A DNA stretch of 64,000 nt from Thecamonas trahens ATCC 50062 (lineage: Eukaryota > Protista > Apusomonadida): contig NW_013657654.1 in the NCBI RefSeq assembly GCF_000142905.1, forward strand, positions 248,001-312,000, given 5' to 3'. Positions 57,163-64,000 of the stretch are shown piece after piece. Below the pieces are notes generated by a model. It searched no databases, was not told the origin of the DNA, and saw only the letters and a list, made by a program, of their open reading frames with translations. The translations under genes and the position numbers were made by a program. How positions within the stretch are numbered: position 1 is the stretch's first letter; every line of letters begins with the position of its first letter.

Positions 57163-59663
57163 TCACACCGGCGGCGGCATACCGGCCTTGAGGTTCTCGA
57201 TGGCCTTCTTAGTCATCGATGCCGACTTGGGATCGAGGTCGAGGGCGATGTGGTAGTTGCCGAGCGCCGCGTCGTAGTTGCCGAGTAGGGCGTGAGCCTT
57301 GCCGGTCATAAAGTAGATCGTTGCCTCCTTGGGCGCATACTCGCGGAGCTTGGCCAGCTCTTCCAGCGCGGCCTCGTAGTCGGCCATGGCCATGAGGACG
57401 CCAGCTCGCTTGAACCGGGCCAGCGGATTCTTGGTGTCGATCTGGACAGCGAGGTCGAGCATGGCCAGCGCGTCACCGAGCGCACCCGAAGCCTGATGGA
57501 CCATGCCGAGGTAGCAGTAGAGGACCGAGGAGCGGGCGTTGATGGTGATGGCCTTGCGAAAGTGGAAGGCAGCCATGGCGTGCTTTTCCTGCCGCAGCAG
57601 AATGAGTCCGATGCCGTACCACGCGTTGTAGTGCCGCGGATCAACTCGGATCGCGTTGCGGAAGCATGCCATGGCCTTGCCAAAGTCCTCGTTGGCCACC
57701 AGCTCGTGTCCGGCGAGGGTGTACCCGTACGCAAAGTTGGCGTCGAGCTGGAGCGCGCGCTTGAAGAACTTGAGCGCTGTTGTGTGCTCCTTCTGCAGTG
57801 AGAAGCAGTTGCCAAGCGCGCACCAGGCCTGCGGCGCCTCGCGCGAGACTGCAAGCAGCGACTGCGCCAGGTAAGAGAGCTCGACAGGCCGCTGGAGGTG
57901 CCACAGTGCTGTCGAGTAGTACTCCATCCCCTCCATCAGGTACGGCTCGCGCTTTCGCGCTTCCTCAAACACCCGTGCCGCCTCAGGGTAGAGCACGAGC
58001 TCAAACAGCGCACGGCCGACGAGGCCCAGAACGTACCCGGTCTCGTAATGTGCCCGTGGCAGCGCCTTGAGCACCGAAATGGCCTCGCGGGCCCGGAACG
58101 ACCGCAGCTGGCGCAGGCCCTCACCGATCACCACCAGCAGCGACCGCAGCTCGTTGTTGCCCTTGCGCGTCGCAACAGGCACTGCTGGCAGTGCGGTCGG
58201 CTCGGACGCGGGCGAGACTGCCGCCATCGGTGCTGACTCAAGCACCGCGCCTGTGCGGGTATGGGCACCACCGCGAGTGCCAGCCCGCTCTCCATTCCGA
58301 GCCGCCATCCGCAGCGGGACTGCCACCTCAGCCACCGCCCGCTGCTCGTCCTCGTCCGAGTCGGTGGTGGCAGCGACGCCGGCGCGGGTGCTCGACCGCG
58401 TCCGCATCCCAACAAGCAACGGCGCATCGTCGTCGTCTTCGTCGTCGTCGAGGCCGGCAAACCGCGCGCGCCGCCGGTACCGCGGTGCCCGCGGCGGCTT
58501 GTGCATCGGCGACAGATTCGCCGACGCCGGGGTGTAGCTCGGCGGGCGCTTGCGGCGCGGCGCGAGGCGCGGCGGTGGCACGCCGCCTCCCGACGGCGTG
58601 ATGGCCGCCCCACCAGGCGAGGGCGTCACAAACGCACCGGTGGCGCGGGCCACCGACGCCGGAAGCGCGAGCGAGCCCGCCATCGGCGTGTTGAGCGCAC
58701 CCGACGCGGGAGTCGGCATCACCCGCATCGACGACGAGACCGACGGCGTGTGCAGGCCGTACTCGGGGCCGGAAAACAGCGCCGACGAGGTCACGCCGCG
58801 GTCCATGGGCGTGAACCGGAGGTTTGACGCCAAGTCTAGCGACGGCGAGCCAACGCGCGGTCGGACCTTGTCCATTCCGGCCAGAGCCGCGTCGGCATCG
58901 CGGGCGCCCACAGCGGCTGGTGGCGGGCGCGCAAAGGCAGCCGCCACCGACGCCAAGCCCGAGTACGCCGGCTCGGGCTGCGGGGCAGGAATGGGAACCG
59001 AGGGCATGCCGTAGAACTCGGTGGGATCGACGTCGGCGCCGAGCTCCACCAGCCGCTCGTAGGCGGTAAAGAGGAAGGGATTGGCCTCAAGCGCCTTGCG
59101 GTAGTAGGCCGCAGCAAAGCCTAGCCGAGCCGAGAGGCGACACACCTCGCCGAGCAAGAACAGCGAGCCAGCATCAGGCATGGCCTGGCCGATGAGTGAT
59201 CCTCAGCTTCACCATGGGCAGTCTCCTCGTTCTCGTCCTCGCCCTCGCCCTCGCCCTCGAGGTCGGGATGCGCCTGCACACCGGATGGTGTTGTTGGAGT
59301 GGGATCAGCCCGAGAGTGAGCGGAAGCGGTGGCGGTGGCGGCGTGTGCGACAGAGGGCTGGGTGCCGGCGAGGGCGTTGGGCGGGAGACGGAGGTTGAGC
59401 AGGAGAGCCTTCTCAGCCTGGTGGAGGTCCCCAATTTTGAGACTTGCTAGAGCATAGAGATAGCGAGCTCTGTGCGAGTTGAGCGTGCTGAGCACTGTGG
59501 CAGCCGCCCGTAGTTGGCCGGCAGAGTAGAAGGCTGTGCCCAGGAGGAAGCGCGAGTCCTCGCTGGGAGCCTGGGCCACCAGTCTCTGGGCGTAAAACAC
59601 GGCATTGTCATACAGATGGGAGGCAAGCGACGCAGACACAACCTCTCGCAATGCTCCGTCCAT
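57163..59663 (-). CDS. CDC27: Anaphase-promoting complex subunit 3 (CDC27); frame break near 59183
   Basis: SLASHLYDNAVFYAQRLVA, ALEANPFLFTAYERL, EGMEYYSTALWHL, AWCALGNCFSLQKEH, YTLAGHELVANEDF and RHYNAWYGIG. Confidence 0.95.
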
Positions 59664-59768
59664 ACTCGCCTGTTTCCCCTCTTTCTCTCTATCACGCTCC
59701 TTGCCCTGACTCCCTTGCCCAGGTCCGTGCGACGGGTGTGTCGCCCACTCTGCTGGGCGCCAAAATGG

Positions 59769-59997
59769 GGGCCGACCGACCGATGGTCAGCTTGACCGAC
59801 CGCTGGGCAGCTTGACCGACCGCTGGGCAGCTTGACCGGCCGATTGGGGGCTTGACCGACCGATTGGGGGCTTGACCGACCGATTGGCGGCTTGGCCAAC
59901 AAACGGGCGGCTTGACCGGCCGATTGGGGGCTTGACCGACCGATTGGGGGCTTGACCGACCATTGGCGGCTTGATCGGCCGATTGGGGGCCGACCGA
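59769..59997. repeat. 20-bp minisatellite GCTTGACCG[A/G]CCGATTGG[G/C]GG-type, about 11 copies, carrying CCAAT boxes on the minus strand
   Basis: ATTGG at 59843, 59863, 59883, 59923, 59943, 59962 and 59982, upstream of the CDC27 ATG. Confidence 0.9.
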
Positions 59998-60150
59998 GCG
60001 AGTGGTGGCCGACTGATAATCGGCCACTCGCTGCTCCTGTTATGGGTTTAAACAGGCCAGGCGGCTGGCGATGGATCGGCTTTCGTGTACGCTTCATAGC
60101 TGCAGTCCAGCATCTTATTGGCCAGAGCATGTGGTGGACAGGACGACGGC

Positions 60151-62427
60151 TTACCCCGACGAGAGGATCCGCGCCTTCTCGGCCTCGAGCTTGTTCCACT
60201 TGGCGAGGAGCTCCTTCTTGCGCGGGCCGATGACTGACGACGGAAGATGAGAGGCGTAGACAGCTTCGAGCTTACCCATGAGCTTGACGATGTCTTCCTC
60301 GATGGTCTCGAGCCGGATCTTGGCCCGCCGCGTGCGCATGACGTCGGCGACTCGCGCGTCACCGGCCACCTGCTCGCATGCGTGGCGCACCAGCGGCGAG
60401 ACCGCGGCTACCCGCCGCGACTGCGTCGTCGGGTCGTACTGCAGGACAAATACGTCCGAATCCTTGAGCAGCTCGTCAAGCGCGCCTGACTTGCCGTCAA
60501 AAGCATCCGCCGCAATGGCGGCATACGACTCGCCGCCCACGCCGGCCCGCGCCACCATCACGATAGTGTCGTAGACTTCGAGCGACTTGCCGGGCGTCGC
60601 CGCAGACTCGGCCAGCCGCCGCACCACACGCTCGGCCTCGAGCTGCATCTTGGCCAGTGCCTCCAGCGGCGATCCAGCGCCACCAGCCGTCGCAAACGCC
60701 CGCCGCGCCACCTCGGACAAGTCTGCAATCCGCCCGCCCACAGCGTCCACCACACGAAGCAGCTCCGAGTGCACCACCGGCGGCACCGTCTCGAGCACCT
60801 CCTCGGCGCTGTCATACTGCGTGTCCGCCAGCGCCTCATGCCGCTTGTGGCTCTCCAATTCGAGTCCCACCAACTGCCACAGCAGCGAAAGCTGGCCCAC
60901 CAGCGAGTGCGATGCCTTGCCGAGCGCAGACCGCATGCTCTCGCGCTCCGCATCCTCATCGGTGCCGCCGTCGCCGCTGCCGCCTCGGCTCTGGCGCTCG
61001 CTGAGAGCAATTCGGTACCGCGCTAGGTACTGGACCGCCTCGCCCTCGCTCAGATCGTTGAGGAACAGCGCCGACGCGTCGAGCGACCGCGACCGCAGCA
61101 GTGTGTCCAGCAGCGACTGCGCATGGTCGGAATCGTCGACAAACACCACCCGCGCTGACGTTCCCACTCGGACGAGCCACCGCACAAAGGTCTCGAGCAC
61201 AGCCTCGACCGCGCCTGCATCGAGCTCCGCCAGCACGTCGCCGAGCCCGTCAATGACCACCACCGCTTGCCCACGCCCAGATCTCCCGCCAACGGCAAGT
61301 AGGTCGGTCTGCAGGTCAAGCACAGAGAGCGCGATCGCCAGCGTCGAGAGCGTGGCCTCCAGCCGCGACTCAATCGACGACGCCTGGAGTTCAGAGCCCT
61401 TGGGCAAGAACGCCTCGACGTAGCGAAAGACCGCCGAGAGGGTCGAAAACGACGGCCGGTAGCCGACCACCTCCTCCAACTCGTCCAAGAACGCGTTGGC
61501 CGTCGCCGCCCCCGACGACCGAGCCCGACACGCAATACGCAGCACCCGCTTGCGCTCGACGCCTACTGCCGCCGCCACCTGCCGGGTCTTGCACATGCCC
61601 GGCTCGCCTACAATAACAAGGACTCGATGCGTCTCCAGCGCGTCGGTCAGCGCCGCCAGCGTGCCGCACGCCACAGCCCGCGACAGAAGCTGGGCCTCGC
61701 GCTCAAACGACGCGTCGTCGTCCGAGCCTGCAATCGTAGCTGACGACACTGCTTGCGCCACATTGAACACGCGCAGCGGCTCGATGAGCAGAACTGCTGT
61801 GGCCGAGACCGTGATCGACGCTAGAATCGTCACCAGCGGCAGGAGTTTGGGCGTCGACGCGATGGCCTGCAAGCCGGCAAACCACGGCTTGCGCACATAC
61901 TCCAACAAAAGCTTACGGTCAAGCGCCTCGTGGAGGCACACTCGCGCTGCAGCCGCAGACGTGAACGTGACGTACGACGCCGACGCCGTGTCCTTGCTGA
62001 CCGTCAGCGACCGCAGAACCCCATACGGCCGCAGCAGCTTGTACACCTCAGACGCCAGCATCTCCTTTGACGGCAGGACCAGCGAGAGATGCGACGACGG
62101 CCACACATCCGCAATGTCCTCCAGCATCGGCTTGCCGCGGATTGCATGGACATCCCCGCGCGCCCGTATTGGCAGACCCGATCCCTCGCCACGCAACACC
62201 TCCGCCGCTGCCTCCACCGCCTCGCCTGTAACCTCATGCGGAAGATAGACCACCAGTCCACCTTCCTTCAGCCGCGGCACCACTCCAGCCTCACTCATTC
62301 CGGCCTGATCCAGCGCGGACTCTGCTGCCGCCGCTGTCGCCGTCGTTGCCCTCGAGATCAGTCCACCCGTCACCCGATGCAAGCCCAGCGCCGTGAACAC
62401 CGAGGTCGACGACGCCAGCGCGTGCAT
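60151..62427 (-). CDS. YME2: Yme2/RNA12-like mitochondrial inner-membrane protein (RRM - TM - P-loop NTPase)
   Basis: EVYKLLRPYGVL..ASASYVTFTSAAAARVCLH (RRM), TM ending LIEPLRVF, VIVGEPGMCKT, VVVIDG, LNDLSEGEAVQYL and VGGRIADL; S/T/A/R-rich presequence-like start at ATG 62427 (start inferred). Confidence 0.75.
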   Translation of the reverse strand: MHALASSTSVFTALGLHRVTGGLISRATTATAAAAESALDQAGMSEAGVVPRLKEGGLVVYLPHEVTGEAVEAAAEVLRGEGSGLPIRARGDVHAIRGKPMLEDIADVWPSSHLSLVLPSKEMLASEVYKLLRPYGVLRSLTVSKDTASASYVTFTSAAAARVCLHEALDRKLLLEYVRKPWFAGLQAIASTPKLLPLVTILASITVSATAVLLIEPLRVFNVAQAVSSATIAGSDDDASFEREAQLLSRAVACGTLAALTDALETHRVLVIVGEPGMCKTRQVAAAVGVERKRVLRIACRARSSGAATANAFLDELEEVVGYRPSFSTLSAVFRYVEAFLPKGSELQASSIESRLEATLSTLAIALSVLDLQTDLLAVGGRSGRGQAVVVIDGLGDVLAELDAGAVEAVLETFVRWLVRVGTSARVVFVDDSDHAQSLLDTLLRSRSLDASALFLNDLSEGEAVQYLARYRIALSERQSRGGSGDGGTDEDAERESMRSALGKASHSLVGQLSLLWQLVGLELESHKRHEALADTQYDSAEEVLETVPPVVHSELLRVVDAVGGRIADLSEVARRAFATAGGAGSPLEALAKMQLEAERVVRRLAESAATPGKSLEVYDTIVMVARAGVGGESYAAIAADAFDGKSGALDELLKDSDVFVLQYDPTTQSRRVAAVSPLVRHACEQVAGDARVADVMRTRRAKIRLETIEEDIVKLMGKLEAVYASHLPSSVIGPRKKELLAKWNKLEAEKARILSSG

Positions 62428-62975
62428 CCACTGCAGCGGCGGACCGGCGAGCGAGAAGCATGAGCCGACCCAGATTGCGGGGTGACCTGTTTGCGAGTTT
62501 GCGACAACGATGACGGCGATGACAATGATGACGATGATGCCGACGATGACGACGATGACGATGACAATGACCTTGTCCGACCTAGCCCACCCAGTCCCCG
62601 CAGGCATCCCCGAGCAAGCACCACCGCCGAGGCAGACTGAAGACGGCGACCCAGCATAAGCTCCGACACAAAGCGAGAGGTGGTGCTCTTGGCTCCCGCT
62701 CCCGCTTCTCTTCCTCTCCTTAAACTTGGCATTTGCGCCACGTCGACCTGACTCTCTGCTCCAAGGCCTTCCGTCCATTTCGCCAAAAAAAGAATGTCAT
62801 CCCCCCACCCGCCACCCAACTGCCTTCAAATTTTTTTGTCGCCCTCACCCCACCCCCCCTTCCCACGAACCAGGCGACAGGCACTTCGGCACGAGGCGAC
62901 AACGGCAGTTCCCTCACCTGCCACGCCTCGCCTAGCGCGCAACATATGCAAAGGACGGCAGACTTGTCACCAAGC

Positions 62976-63725
62976 ATGTCAAGCACAGAGACGGCAGGCG
63001 AGTTTGGGCTTTGTCCCGTGTGCGGGAGTGCCAATCCGAAGGAGTTTTACGCGTACTCGGGCCACAAGTACTGCACCACGACGTGCGCTCGTGCTGCTCG
63101 CAAGGGAGAGGATCAACCGTTTCTGGAAGCAGCAGAGGCAGCGGCAGCCGAGGCAGAAGCAGAAGCCAAGGCGAGTGCGGTGGCAAACCGCGCACCGGCG
63201 GCATCAAAGCCGAAATCGGCAGCGGCAACGTATCGGGCCGAAGCTGCAAAGAGTCCCGAGGAGAAAAAGGCTGCGGCGGCGGCCATCGCCGCCCGGCTGA
63301 AGGCGTCAAAGGCGTCAAAGTCGGCGGCTGGGTCGATGACGTCGGCGAGATTGTGCCATGGCTGTAAGAACGAGCTGGGCAACGAGTATGTCACCGCAGG
63401 CAGCCACTCTTTCCACTCGATCTGCCTCAAGTGTGCCGTCTGTCGCAAGGCCATCGACGGCGCCTTTGGTACCTCGGACTCGGGCAACATCGTGTGCGCG
63501 ACGTGCTTTGGCGCAGATGCGGCGCCGGCCGATGCGTCGTCTGCCTCTGCTGCGCCGCTCTGTGCAGGTTGCGGAAACGCTGCTGCCGGTGATGTTGTCG
63601 ACGCACTCGACGCCCTCTGGCACCCGGCGTGCTTCATTTGCTCGCTCTGCTCCTCCGAGCTCGGCACACGCTTTGCCGTCAACGCCTCGGGTAAGCCAGT
63701 GTGCAACACGTGCTGGGGCTCGTAG
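62976..63725 (+). CDS. LIM-domain protein (2 LIM domains + N-terminal CxxC...CxxxC finger)
   Basis: CHGC..FHSICLKCAVC..CATC and CAGC..WHPACFICSLC..CNTC. Confidence 0.9.
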   Translation: MSSTETAGEFGLCPVCGSANPKEFYAYSGHKYCTTTCARAARKGEDQPFLEAAEAAAAEAEAEAKASAVANRAPAASKPKSAAATYRAEAAKSPEEKKAAAAAIAARLKASKASKSAAGSMTSARLCHGCKNELGNEYVTAGSHSFHSICLKCAVCRKAIDGAFGTSDSGNIVCATCFGADAAPADASSASAAPLCAGCGNAAAGDVVDALDALWHPACFICSLCSSELGTRFAVNASGKPVCNTCWGS

Positions 63726-63791
63726 CGCGCCCATAGTCTTTGGCCGTGTAAAGGAGCCACACACACACGCCACGCTCTCCTATGTCTGATT

Positions 63792-64000
63792 TTACTTGCG
63801 GGCCTTCATCGGCTCACCTGTCGTCACCACCACTTCCATGTCCGGCTCGAGTGCGGCCATGTCTCGGATCTGCACGCCTTCGAGGGTGTAGAGAGCGCGC
63901 GCGCGGGCATGCAACGCGTGCGCCTCGGTCGCCCGCGCAAACAATTCGTCCAGGTTCGATGCCACGATCATCTTGCCCGAGTCATACCAGCCGTTCTTGT
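63792..64000 (-). CDS. 3' end of a doublecortin (DCX)-like domain protein
   Basis: Translated by hand: KNGWYDSGKMIVASNLDELFARATEAHALHARARALYTLEGVQIRDMAALEPDMEVVVTTGEPMKARK*. Confidence 0.7.
   Translation of the reverse strand, partial: KNGWYDSGKMIVASNLDELFARATEAHALHARARALYTLEGVQIRDMAALEPDMEVVVTTGEPMKARK

Noticed and set aside
7932-59663. Apparent functional cluster of chromosome and cell-cycle genes (SPO11, SGF29, MED22, NNF1, CDC27)
   Set aside because: They are dispersed over 50 kb among unrelated genes, which is compatible with chance in a gene-dense genome.

Overview
GC-rich, very gene-dense eukaryotic draft-assembly window with six N-gaps and few introns (GT-AG, donor usually GTACGT). 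Gene content and style suggest a unicellular flagellate near opisthokonts such as the apusomonad Thecamonas; this is inference, not verified. About 28 protein genes are supportable. Recognisable ones include QPRT/nadC, O-GlcNAcase, ARV1, SPO11, SGF29, a TBC Rab-GAP, a histidine acid phosphatase, ClpB/Hsp104 (with a perfect upstream HSE), a permuted papain-like amidase, DUF2237, SLC12A9, MED22, NNF1/PMF1, an OGFr-domain gene, CDC27, YME2 and LIM and DCX proteins. An accessory island at about 14.7-31.5 kb holds a decayed hAT transposase, a piggyBac remnant inserted at the TTAA of a stop codon, and three related surface-protein genes. One is a secreted C-type-lectin protein built from an unrecognised ~95-aa two-Cys module. 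The other two are tandem multi-TM receptors with a near-identical 2.6-kb core but different distal ectodomains (lectin/module array versus a pure Ser-Pro4-6 stalk) and diverged cytoplasmic tails. Other notable signals are an OGA whose GNAT domain keeps the acetyl-CoA-binding motif, convergent genes with overlapping stop codons, promoter minisatellites including a phased CCAAT array upstream of CDC27, and about nine reading-frame breaks that all go in the -1 direction (most likely assembly undercalls).
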